From assembly GCA_038225765.1 (NCBI GenBank), contig JBBRQW010000003.1, forward strand, positions 11 through 64,010: a DNA stretch of 64,000 bases, in the 5' to 3' direction. Position numbers and translations under genes: made by a program. Shown here piece by piece: positions 15,890 to 24,158 of the stretch; positions within the stretch are counted from its first letter, which is position 1; every line of letters starts with the position of its first letter. The DNA comes from Caulobacterales bacterium (GTDB lineage Bacteria > Pseudomonadota > Alphaproteobacteria > Caulobacterales > Caulobacteraceae). The notes below the pieces were generated by a model that saw nothing but the letters and a program-made list of their open reading frames with translations, ran no database searches and was not told the origin of the DNA.

Positions 15890-17698
15890 CGCGAGAGGCC
15901 GGCCCCGGCGGCGGGCGCGGCGGGCGAAGCGGGCCGGATCGACCAGGGCCGCCAGGTCGTTTGGCAATGGCGACGGCGCGCCCAGCGCGACAGCGGCCAG
16001 GTGCTCGCCGAGCAGGGGAGCGAGGGTGAAGCCGCGCGATCCCAGGCCGCTCAGCACGATGAGGCCGGGCGGGGCGCCCGGGACCGGCCCCGCCAGGGGC
16101 AGGTAGTCGGCGGTGGCGGCGCGGATTCCGGTGCGCGCCTCCAGCGGGACGCCGGCGAGGCGCGCGGCCAGGGCGGGCAAGCCTTGCGCCAGGGCCTGGA
16201 GGTTGCGCTGGTGGTCGATTTGGCGCGCCTCGACGGCCTCCTCATCCCGATCGTGGGTGGCGCCGAACAGAACCCCGTCGCGGATCGCAATGGCGTAGGC
16301 GCCGAACACCGTCGCCATCGGCGCCGCCGCGCCCCTGGCCACGCTCGCCTGGCCGCGCACGGCGGTGAGCGGCAGGCCCGGCGCGAGGCGCGCGGACCCC
16401 ATGCCGGCGGCCAGGCAGACCACATCGGCGCGGCCGATCTCTTCACCCCGCTCCCCGATCAGCCGCCAGCCGCCATCGCCCCACTCGACGGCCGCCACGC
16501 GGGCGCGCCACGTCCGCCCCAGCCAGGCGGCGAGCAGGGGGTCCGGCTCGACCACCAGGGCGTCCTCGATCGCCAGGCCGGCCGGGACCGGCTCGCCCAG
16601 CATCCGCGAGGTCTCCAGGGCGCCGACCAGGCGCAGGCGCCCGGGCTCGAAGAGATCGGAGGCGGCGACGGTCGCGAAGCGGGTGGGGTCCTTGGGACCG
16701 GTCGGCAGTTGGAGGGCGCCCCTGGCGACGATCGCCTCGGGGGTCAGGGCGAAGAGAGAGACGGCGCGGCGGAAGGCGTGGGCGAACAGGGCGGCCGGCG
16801 GCGCCAGGCCGGCGTCGAGGCGTGGCGCCGCCAGGGCGGCCGGGACGCCGGAAGCCCCGGCGCCGGGGCCGATGGCGTCGAACACCTGGGCCTCCACTCC
16901 CAGGGCCCGAAACGCCCGCGCCAGGGCGGCGCCGGAGATACCCGCCCCGATGATGGCCACCCGCGGCCGGGGCGCGAGCGGGCGTTTCGCCGCCGCCGGC
17001 AGGCGCCCCTCCAGCCGCTGGCGCTTGGCGCCGAAACCGGGCCGCCGCTCCACTTCGAAGCCAGCCGCCGCCAGATCGCGGCGCACCACGCCGGCGACGG
17101 TGTAGGTGGCGAGCCGCGCGCCGGGCGCGGAGCGCCGCGCCACTAGGTCCAGAACCTCCTGGCGCCACATCGTCGGGTTGCGGGCGGGCGCGAAACCGTC
17201 GAGAAACCAGGCGTCGGCCTCGCCGGTCCATGCGGCCAGGGCGGCGGAGGCCTCCATCATCGCGACATCGACGGTGGCCCCCAACTCGGGAAGGTCGATG
17301 CGGTGGAAGCCCCGCGCCCGGCCCGGCCACCGCGCGATCAGCAGGCCGGCGATCGCCGCTATCTCGGGCCACGCCGCCAGCGCCCGGGCCGCGTCCCCCG
17401 GCCCCAGGGGGTGGGCTTCGACGCTGAATATGGAGAGGTGTGCGCCAGGCGGGCGGGCGTCCCGCCACAAATGGAGCAGGGCGGCGATGTTGAGGCCGGC
17501 CCCAAAGCCCAGTTCAGCGACGCGGAATCGGTCGCGGCCGGACCAGGCCCTGGGCAGGTCGCAGCCGCCCAGAAACACCGTCCGCGCTTCGGCCAGGCCG
17601 TCGCCGGCGGAAAAATAGATGTCGCCGTAGAGGCGCGATCTGGGCGCGCCGTCTTCACCCCAGGCGATCGGCGAGAGATGTGGATCGGCGCCCGACAT
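15875..17698 (-). CDS. mnmC: bifunctional tRNA (mnm5s2U34) methyltransferase / FAD-dependent cmnm5s2U34 oxidoreductase MnmC
   Basis: N-terminal SRLYGDIYFSAGDGLAEARTVFL...FRVAELGFGAGLN (methyltransferase domain). C-terminal DAO-type domain VAIIGAGISGAALA. ATG 17698 is preferred over the TTG at 17725. Confidence 0.88.
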   Translation of the reverse strand: MSGADPHLSPIAWGEDGAPRSRLYGDIYFSAGDGLAEARTVFLGGCDLPRAWSGRDRFRVAELGFGAGLNIAALLHLWRDARPPGAHLSIFSVEAHPLGPGDAARALAAWPEIAAIAGLLIARWPGRARGFHRIDLPELGATVDVAMMEASAALAAWTGEADAWFLDGFAPARNPTMWRQEVLDLVARRSAPGARLATYTVAGVVRRDLAAAGFEVERRPGFGAKRQRLEGRLPAAAKRPLAPRPRVAIIGAGISGAALARAFRALGVEAQVFDAIGPGAGASGVPAALAAPRLDAGLAPPAALFAHAFRRAVSLFALTPEAIVARGALQLPTGPKDPTRFATVAASDLFEPGRLRLVGALETSRMLGEPVPAGLAIEDALVVEPDPLLAAWLGRTWRARVAAVEWGDGGWRLIGERGEEIGRADVVCLAAGMGSARLAPGLPLTAVRGQASVARGAAAPMATVFGAYAIAIRDGVLFGATHDRDEEAVEARQIDHQRNLQALAQGLPALAARLAGVPLEARTGIRAATADYLPLAGPVPGAPPGLIVLSGLGSRGFTLAPLLGEHLAAVALGAPSPLPNDLAALVDPARFARRARRRGRPLASPPS

Positions 17699-17726
17699 GA
17701 CTTTTCGCGGCGCCGTCGATGGCAAC

Positions 17727-17757
17727 GAAAAAGGGCCGCCCGATAGGGCGGCCCTTT
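17727..17757 (-). terminator. Rho-independent terminator of the Ala-rich lipoprotein gene
   Basis: On the minus strand: AAGGGCCGCCC-tatc-GGGCGGCCCTT followed by TTTCG. The stem is nearly identical to that of the terminator at 56828-56856. Confidence 0.65.
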
Positions 17758-17786
17758 CCCGAATAAAAACCGCGCTCGCGCGAGGC

Positions 17787-18101
17787 TTACTGCTTGGCGC
17801 CGGAGGCCGCGTTGGTGGCGGCGGCGGCGGACTTCGAAGCGTCGGCGGCCGACATGGCGGCCGAATTCGCGGCGGCGTCAGCCGGGGCCGCGGCGTTGGT
17901 CGCCGCGCCGGTGGCGTCGGTGGCGGCCGTCGTCGCCGTGTTGGCGGCGGCGTTCGCGTCGGCGGCGGCGGTCGAAGCGTCGGCGGCGGCGGCGTTGGCC
18001 GCGTCGGCGGACTTGTCGGCCGGCTTGGAGCAGGCGGCGACGGAAAGCGCCGCGACGGCGACGCCGGCGACGAGCACTGAACGGATCACGTTGGAGGTCA
18101 T
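17787..18101 (-). CDS. small Ala-rich low-complexity lipoprotein (paralog of 56467..56793)
   Basis: MTSNVIRSVLVAGVAVAALSVAACSKPADK. The lipobox LSVAAC is followed by ~80 residues made almost only of A/D/N/T/S. RBS AAGGGA lies upstream and a terminator downstream. Confidence 0.7.
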   Translation of the reverse strand: MTSNVIRSVLVAGVAVAALSVAACSKPADKSADAANAAAADASTAAADANAAANTATTAATDATGAATNAAAPADAAANSAAMSAADASKSAAAATNAASGAKQ

Positions 18102-18289
18102 TGTCCCTGGTCCCTTAAGTGAGGTTTAAGCGTCATGATTGTGCGACGAGCCCTCCGCCGGAACACCCCTTGCAAGGGACCACCGACGACCGACTCGCCT
18201 CGAACGCCGGTGCAAATATGCCGGGTTTGGGGGCGAACGCAAGGAAAGAGTTCACAAGGACGTGATCACTTTTTTTCTGGGCTGGGCGC

Positions 18290-19528
18290 TCAGGCCCGGT
18301 TCTGGGCCGCCGCGCGCAGGCGGCGGACCATGTCGACAGAGAGGTAGCCATCGGCGGCCAGGCCCATGGTTTTCTGCCAGGCGCGCAGGGCGGCGCGGGT
18401 GCCGACACCCACGACTCCGTCCGGCTGGCCGGGGTTGAAGCCGAGCTTGATGAGGGCCCCCTGGGCGTCCAGCCGATCGGTCAGGGACAGCGGCGTTTCG
18501 CGCGGCCAGGCGGTCTTCAGGGGGCCGGCCCCGGCGAACCGGTCGGCCAGCAGGCCCACTCCCAGGGCGTAGGCGGTGGAATTGTTGTAGGCGCGGATGG
18601 CGAAATGATTGGGCAGGAGCAGGAAGGCCGGCCCGCCCGCCCCCGAGGGAAGGATCAGAACGGCCGGGGCGTTCGCGTCGGCGGCGCTCCACCCCCGCCC
18701 GTCCGCCGGCCGGACCCCCTTGGCCCGCCACCAGGCCGGAACCTCGTGGGACCCTTCCGACAGGCCGTAGTCGAAGCCGGCCGGCAGGATCACCTCCCGC
18801 GCCCAGCCCTCGCCGCGCCGCCAGCCGCCCTTGGCCAGCAGATTGGCCGCCGAAGCCAGGGCGTCGGGAGCCGAACCCCAAATGTCGCGGCGGCCGTCGC
18901 CGTCGCCGTCCACCGCCGAGGCGAGATAGGTGGTGGGCAGAAGCTGGGTCTGGCCCATGGCCCCGGCCCAGGAGCCCCTGAGCCGGGCCCTCGCCACATC
19001 GCCGGCGGCGAGGATACGCAAGGAAGCCAGCAGTTCACCCTCCGCCCACGGCCGCCGCCGCCCGGCCGCCGCCAGGGTGGCCAGGGAGCGGACGACATCG
19101 AAATTTCCCTGCAGCGCCCCGAAGTTCGACTCCATGGCCCACACCCCGATCAGGATGTCGCGGGGCACGCCATAGGCCTGCTCGATGGAGGCGAACTGGG
19201 GGATGGCCCCGCTCTTGGCGCGGCCGGTGGCGATGCGCGCCTGGCTGATAACCCCATCGATGTAGTCGCTCACCGGCTTGGCGAATTCCGGTTGGCGAGC
19301 GTCCAGCGCCGCCACCCGGGGATCGGGCGAAAGGCCCGACAGCTCGCGGTCGAGCAGCGGCCGGGGGAAGCCGCCCGCCAGGCTCCGAGCGTAGAAATCA
19401 TTGAGCCAGGTGGTGAAGTAGGCCTCCCCGCTCGCGCCCAGGAGATCGGCGGGGGCCGGATCGGCGGCGAAACCGGCGGCGGGGGCGAGGCCGGCAAGGG
19501 CGAGGGCGAGGAAGATTCGGCGGTCCAT
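18290..19528 (-). CDS. lytic murein transglycosylase (MltB family) with C-terminal peptidoglycan-binding domain
   Basis: Signal peptide; catalytic region IGVWAMESNFG; C-terminal PG_binding_1-like LGFNPGQPDGVVGVGTRAALRAWQ. Confidence 0.9.
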   Translation of the reverse strand: MDRRIFLALALAGLAPAAGFAADPAPADLLGASGEAYFTTWLNDFYARSLAGGFPRPLLDRELSGLSPDPRVAALDARQPEFAKPVSDYIDGVISQARIATGRAKSGAIPQFASIEQAYGVPRDILIGVWAMESNFGALQGNFDVVRSLATLAAAGRRRPWAEGELLASLRILAAGDVARARLRGSWAGAMGQTQLLPTTYLASAVDGDGDGRRDIWGSAPDALASAANLLAKGGWRRGEGWAREVILPAGFDYGLSEGSHEVPAWWRAKGVRPADGRGWSAADANAPAVLILPSGAGGPAFLLLPNHFAIRAYNNSTAYALGVGLLADRFAGAGPLKTAWPRETPLSLTDRLDAQGALIKLGFNPGQPDGVVGVGTRAALRAWQKTMGLAADGYLSVDMVRRLRAAAQNRA

Positions 19529-19655
19529 GCGCGAGGCTATGCCCCAGCCGCGCGGTATTTCAATGAAAAGCTTGGCGACACTCGGCGCGGCATACTAGAT
19601 TTGACCGCGCCGCTAAGCTTGAGCGCGGCGGGCATAGCACCAGAGGGGCCATTCC

Positions 19656-20333
19656 TTGCCACACCCATTTCGCCGCCTGGCGCGCGTCGCGCTGCTCCTT
19701 ACCCTCCCCCTCGCCCTGGCGGCCTGCGGGATCAACACCATCCCCACCCAGCAGGAAGCGGCCAAGGCCGCCTGGGCCAATGTGCAGAACGACTATCAGC
19801 GCCGCTCCGACCTCATTCCCAACCTGGTCGCCACGGTGAAAGGCTTCGCGGCGCAGGAAAAAAGCGTCCTGGTGGAGGTGACCCAGGCCCGCGCCAGCGC
19901 CACCCAGGTCAAGGTCGACGCCTCGACCCTGACCGATCCGGCGGCCTTCCAGAAATACGAACAGGCGCAGAACCAGCTTTCCGGCGTGCTCGGCCGCCTG
20001 ATGGCGATCAGCGAGCGTTACCCCGACCTGAAATCCAACGAGAACTTCCTGGCCCTGCAGTCGCAACTCGAGGGGACCGAGAATCGCATCGCCGTCGCCC
20101 GCCGCGACTACAACGAGGCGGTCAGGGTCTACAACACCACCTTGCGGACCTTCCCCGGAATCCTGTGGGCCGGCACCTTCTATCACAACGAGAAGCCCAT
20201 GGCCCTGTTCTCGGCCAACGCCGCCGCCCAATCGGCCCCGACGGTGGACTTCGGCGCGACGCCCGGCGCCGCCCCCGGCTCGCCGCCGCCGGCCGGCCCG
20301 GCGACGCCCCCGCCTGCCCCGGCCAAGCCATGA
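19656..20333 (+). CDS. lemA: LemA-family protein
   Basis: TTG start; lipoprotein-like N-terminus LPLALAACG; and AWANVQNDYQRRSDLIPNLVATVKGFAAQEKSVL, the LemA signature. Confidence 0.88.
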   Translation: MPHPFRRLARVALLLTLPLALAACGINTIPTQQEAAKAAWANVQNDYQRRSDLIPNLVATVKGFAAQEKSVLVEVTQARASATQVKVDASTLTDPAAFQKYEQAQNQLSGVLGRLMAISERYPDLKSNENFLALQSQLEGTENRIAVARRDYNEAVRVYNTTLRTFPGILWAGTFYHNEKPMALFSANAAAQSAPTVDFGATPGAAPGSPPPAGPATPPPAPAKP

Positions 20334-21106
20334 GCCGGCTGGCGGGCCTGCTCGCCTTGCTGGCCCTCATTTTCGCCGCCCCGGCCCTGGCGGCGCCGCA
20401 ATTTCCGCCCCTGACCGGCCGGGTGGTCGATGACGCCCATGTGCTGACCCCCGCCGCCGTGGGGACGCTCACCGCCAAGCTGGCGGCCCTCGAACAGAAG
20501 ACCACCCGTCAGCTGGTGGTCGTCACCTTGCCGACCTTGGGCGGCTACGACATCGCCGACTACGGCTACCAGCTCCTGCGCCATTGGGGCATCGGCCAGA
20601 AGGCGACCAACAACGGGGCGCTGTTCATCGTCGTACCCTCCGAACACAAGGTACGGATCGAGGTCGGCTACGGCCTGGAGCCGGTGCTCACGGACGCCCT
20701 CTCCAGCGTCATCCTGCAGCGCGCCGTGTTGCCCAAATTCCGGGCCGGGGATGTGCAGGGCGGCATCGTCGATGGCGCCGACGCCATCATCGGCCAGCTC
20801 AGCCTCGACCAGTCGGCGGCCGAGACCCGCGCCGCCCAGGCCGCCGCCGCGCCCCCTCGCTCGCACGGCAATCCCCTGGGCGCCCTCATTCCGATCTTCT
20901 TTCTCTTATTCATCGGCTTTCATCTGCTGCGCGGCCGAGGGGGCGGCGGCATGGGCTGGCTGCTGCCGATGATGATCCTGGGCGGCTCGCGCGGCGGCTG
21001 GGGCGGGGGTGGCGGGGGATTCGGCGGCGGCGGATTTGGCGGCGGCGGCGGCTTTGGCGGCGGGGGCGGCTCGGGCGGCGGCGGCGGCGCCTCGGGAGGC
21101 TGGTAG
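20330..21106 (+). CDS. TPM-domain (YgcG-like) protein with TM segment and Gly-rich C-terminal tail
   Basis: The real start is the ATG at 20330 (ATGA overlap with the lemA stop), inside artefactual track ORF 18605..21106. It has a signal peptide, the TPM core VVDDAHVL...QLVVVTL...ALFIVVPSEHKVRIEVGYG, a TM segment and a GGGFGGGG tail. Confidence 0.88.
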   Translation: MSRLAGLLALLALIFAAPALAAPQFPPLTGRVVDDAHVLTPAAVGTLTAKLAALEQKTTRQLVVVTLPTLGGYDIADYGYQLLRHWGIGQKATNNGALFIVVPSEHKVRIEVGYGLEPVLTDALSSVILQRAVLPKFRAGDVQGGIVDGADAIIGQLSLDQSAAETRAAQAAAAPPRSHGNPLGALIPIFFLLFIGFHLLRGRGGGGMGWLLPMMILGGSRGGWGGGGGGFGGGGFGGGGGFGGGGGSGGGGGASGGW

Positions 21107-21107
21107 G

Positions 21108-21791
21108 ATGCTCACCGCCATCGACGAGGACCGCATCGAGGCGGCGGTCGCCAGGGCCGAGGAAGGCTCGGCGGGCGAAATCGTCTGCGTCCTGGCGGCC
21201 GAGGTCTCCACCTACCGCGAGGTTCCCCTGGCCTGGGCGGCGGCGGTGGCCCTGGCGGCGCCGCCCATCGCCCTGGCCCCGGGCGTTCATCCCCTGACGA
21301 TGGCCATCGGCAACGCCTGGCTGCTGGCCCAGCCAGGATCGCTGGAAAGCGACCTTGCCCTCACCCTGGGCGCCTACGCCACCCTCCAGGCGCTGCTCTT
21401 CATCGTCACCGCCCTTATCGTCGCCATTCCGGCGGTGCGCCGGCGCCTCACGCCGCGCGCCCTCAAGCGCCACCGGGTGGCCAGGCTCGCCCGCCAGCAG
21501 TTCGCCGCCATCGCCGCGCGGGCGCGGGGAAGCCAGACCGGGGTCCTCATCTTCGTCGCCCTGGACGACCGGCAGGTGGAGATCCTGGCCGACGGCGCCA
21601 TCCACCAGAAGGTCGGCGAAGCGCCGTGGGCGCGCGCCGCGGCCGCCATCACCGGCGCCATGAAAGGCGGCGCCGACCCGACGAGCGGCATCGTCGAGGC
21701 GGTGGAAATCTGCGGCGCGGCGCTGAAGGAACACTTCCCCGCCACCGGCCCCCGCGCCCAGGACTTCTCCGACCGCCCGCTGGAGATTTGA
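21108..21791 (+). CDS. TPM-domain membrane protein (second TPM gene of the LemA triad)
   Basis: Internal ATG 21108, 1 nt after the previous stop. Motifs AVARAEEGSAGEIVCVL and GVLIFVALDDRQVEILAD. Confidence 0.8.
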   Translation: MLTAIDEDRIEAAVARAEEGSAGEIVCVLAAEVSTYREVPLAWAAAVALAAPPIALAPGVHPLTMAIGNAWLLAQPGSLESDLALTLGAYATLQALLFIVTALIVAIPAVRRRLTPRALKRHRVARLARQQFAAIAARARGSQTGVLIFVALDDRQVEILADGAIHQKVGEAPWARAAAAITGAMKGGADPTSGIVEAVEICGAALKEHFPATGPRAQDFSDRPLEI

Positions 21792-21803
21792 GGGGGCGGA
21801 GCG

Positions 21804-22583
21804 TTATCCCAGGTTGCCAATCGCCGCCGTCACCGCGCCCGGGTTTTCCCAGCCCACCATGTGGCCCGCCTGCGGCACGGTCACCAGCGTCGAGCCGGGG
21901 ATGGCCGCCTGCCACGCCGGCCCGTAGATCGGCGGGATCATCCGGTCGCTCTCGCCCCACACGATCGTCGTGGCCGCCATGATCCGGTAGAGGCGGTCGA
22001 TCAGGCCGCGCTCGGGGATGGGGAAGAGAATCTTGCCGGCCATGCCGAGCTGGCGGGCGTTGCGGATCAGATAGGCATTGAGGAACTCCGGGTCGTCCAT
22101 CCTCAGGCCGGCGGTCATCCGCGCCGCGCCGGCCTCCGGATCGTGGAACAGGTAGCCGGGCATCTCATAGGGCAGCAGGGAGAAGAGGTCGGGGATCGGG
22201 TGGTCGCCCAGCCACAGGCCGTAGGGGGCGATAAGGGCGAGGCGGGAGACGTCGCCGGGCGCCACCGCCGCCATCTCGGCGGCGATCATGCCGCCCAGGT
22301 CAGGGCCGACCAGGATGGGGGCCTTCAGGCCCAGCGCCTCGAGCACGTCCCAGGTGTGCAAAGTGAAATCAAGCATGTCGCGCAGCTCGCCGCACGCCTC
22401 GGTCTCGCCGTAACCGGGCAGGAAGGGCGCGAACACATGCCAGCGCTTCGCCAGGGCGGCGAGCAGGGGATCGTCCGCCGCCGCCCCGCCCGCGCCGTGC
22501 AGATAGACCAGCGGCTCGCCCGCGCCGCCTTCGAGATAGCGGACGCTCGCGTGGCGCGTTTCGAGACTGTCGGTTTCCATCAT
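21804..22583 (-). CDS. alpha/beta-fold hydrolase with an Asp-type nucleophile elbow (epoxide hydrolase / dehalogenase-like)
   Basis: Only the C-terminal 259 codons (MMETDSLE...) of track ORF 21804..23825 look like protein. They carry LVYLHGAGG and the elbow VGPDLGGMIA (G-x-D-x-G instead of G-x-S-x-G). Confidence 0.75.
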   Translation of the reverse strand: MMETDSLETRHASVRYLEGGAGEPLVYLHGAGGAAADDPLLAALAKRWHVFAPFLPGYGETEACGELRDMLDFTLHTWDVLEALGLKAPILVGPDLGGMIAAEMAAVAPGDVSRLALIAPYGLWLGDHPIPDLFSLLPYEMPGYLFHDPEAGAARMTAGLRMDDPEFLNAYLIRNARQLGMAGKILFPIPERGLIDRLYRIMAATTIVWGESDRMIPPIYGPAWQAAIPGSTLVTVPQAGHMVGWENPGAVTAAIGNLG

Positions 22584-22594
22584 GCCCCGCCCGC

Positions 22595-23854
22595 TCAAGC
22601 GTGCTCTGGAACACGGGGCGCGCCGGCCGCCGGCAGGCTGCCGGGCGTCACCCGTTCGGCAAGGGGCTTGCACCAGAACCGCTCGTCGCCCTCGCATTCC
22701 GGAAGCACATTCCTCAGCTTGGGCATCACCTTCTCGGCGAACAGCTTGGACGAATACATGCATTTGTCGGCCAGCATGTTCCCCACATGCATCAGGCAGA
22801 AGATGTTGCCGACGTTGAGCCCCTTGATCAATTCCTCCATCCGCTGGCGGACCGTCTCGGGCGAGCCGGCGATGACGTGGCCGCCTTCGGTGAGGTCCTT
22901 CCAGGTCAGTTCGCCGAACCCCTTGGGCGGCGCGTATTGGGAGAGGGCGCCGGACTGGATGGTCTTGATGGTCCGGTAGCCCGGCGCGTCGGCGTACCCC
23001 GGATAGACGTGCAGGCAGCGGTTGTAGAAATAGTGCAGGTGGGGCGCATAGAGGCGCTCGGCCTCGGCGTCGGTGTCGGCCACGCAGATGGTCTGAGCGA
23101 AGCCGGCCCGGTAGGGGGAGGCGTCCGGCGCGCCCCGCTGCGCCACCCGGTCCCAGTAGCCCTGCATCAGGGCCTTGGCCCGCAGATAGCCGGTGAAGCT
23201 GAGGTAGGAGTAGGAATAGGTGTTGTCGATGCAGAAATCGTAGGTCTCCACCGACCCGCCGCCCGGGATATGGACCGGCGGATGGGGCTGCTGGATCGGT
23301 CGCGGCCAGATGTTGACCCGCCGCAGCTTGGTGTAGCGGCCGTTGAAGGCGAAGGGCTCGCGCTCCGTCCACGCCCGGATGATGAGGTCGTGCGCCTCGG
23401 CGTATTTCTCGCGGGTCAGGGCCGGAATCTGGCCGTAGCAGTAGTTGGTGTCCATGGAGGTGCCGACCGGGAAGCCGGCCACCAGCCGCCCGCCGCTGAT
23501 GCAGTCGAGCATGGCGAACTCCTCGGCCACGCGGACCGGCGGGTTGTAGAGGGCGATGGAGTTTCCCAAGACCACGATGGCCGCGTTCTTCGTCCGCCGC
23601 GCCAGGGCGGCGGCGATCAGGTTGGGCGAGGGCATGATGCCGTAGCCGTTCTGATGGTGCTCGTTCACCCCGACGCCGTCGAAACCCAGGGTGTCGGCGT
23701 ATTCCAAGAGGTCCATGTAGGTGTTGTAGACCGCGTGGCTCCTGGCCGGGTCGAACAGGCGCTGGTCGATATCGACCCACACCGAGCGGTTCGTCTCGCG
23801 GAAGTCGTCCGGCAGATAGGGCCACGGCATCAGGTTGAACCAGGTGAACTTCAC
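22595..23854 (-). CDS. LLM-class (luciferase-like) flavin-dependent oxidoreductase
   Basis: VKFTWFNLMPWPY...GFDGVGVNEHHQNGYG...RLVAGFPVGTS. GTG 23854 with GGGAG upstream is preferred to the upstream ATG at 23920. Confidence 0.85.
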   Translation of the reverse strand: MKFTWFNLMPWPYLPDDFRETNRSVWVDIDQRLFDPARSHAVYNTYMDLLEYADTLGFDGVGVNEHHQNGYGIMPSPNLIAAALARRTKNAAIVVLGNSIALYNPPVRVAEEFAMLDCISGGRLVAGFPVGTSMDTNYCYGQIPALTREKYAEAHDLIIRAWTEREPFAFNGRYTKLRRVNIWPRPIQQPHPPVHIPGGGSVETYDFCIDNTYSYSYLSFTGYLRAKALMQGYWDRVAQRGAPDASPYRAGFAQTICVADTDAEAERLYAPHLHYFYNRCLHVYPGYADAPGYRTIKTIQSGALSQYAPPKGFGELTWKDLTEGGHVIAGSPETVRQRMEELIKGLNVGNIFCLMHVGNMLADKCMYSSKLFAEKVMPKLRNVLPECEGDERFWCKPLAERVTPGSLPAAGAPRVPEHA

Positions 23855-24158
23855 GGGCGTGGCTCCCTTATCGGCGTTCAGTCCGCGCCGACCGTAAGGC
23901 AGGATCGTCGCGGCGCGCAATGCGCCACGAAGTTTTCAATCGAGCGACAGCCCTGACCCCCCGGCGTGAAGGCGAATTCTCGCCACCCGGAACCCGAAAT
24001 ATCGACCCGAGCCGCCGGAGCCGAAATAACACCTGACACCGCCGCCGACTTCTGTTCTAGTCCCTGGCAGGGAAACCGTTCGTTCGGCGTGACGCCGGGT
24101 GGAGTGCGAGCGTCGGCGACCGCTGTTGGCGACCGGCGCCTTTTTTGGGGGGAAATCA

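Noticed and set aside
17794-18129. 111-aa Ala-rich antisense ORFs opposite both Ala-rich lipoprotein genes (also 56451..56786)
   Set aside because: GCN-repeat genes are open on both strands. The chosen strands have an RBS, a signal peptide with a lipobox, and a correctly oriented intrinsic terminator. The antisense ORFs have none of these.
18605-20329. N-terminal 575 codons of the 833-aa track ORF 18605..21106
   Set aside because: This part is antisense to the murein transglycosylase and out of frame with lemA, with Arg/Pro/Gly-rich composition. The real gene (TPM-domain protein) begins at the internal ATG 20330, which is coupled to the lemA stop and followed by a signal peptide.
20990-21100. 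GGC-rich tandem-repeat-like tract as a repeat array, CRISPR-like or satellite feature
   Set aside because: It is in frame and encodes the Gly-rich C-terminal tail typical of YgcG/TPM proteins. There is no spacer/repeat organisation.
22584-23825. N-terminal 414 codons of track ORF 21804..23825, and the 451-aa antisense ORF 22601..23956
   Set aside because: Both overlap the LLM oxidoreductase (22595..23854), which has clear family motifs. Only the last 259 codons (from MMETD) of the long ORF look like an alpha/beta hydrolase.
24030-24080. Possible sigma54 (TGGCAG...) or EcfG-type (GGAAC...CGTT) promoter motifs upstream of the redox operon
   Set aside because: Spacing and the -12 element do not fit: TGGCAG-N5-CCGT instead of TTGC, and GGAAC is not followed by CGTT at 16-17 nt.
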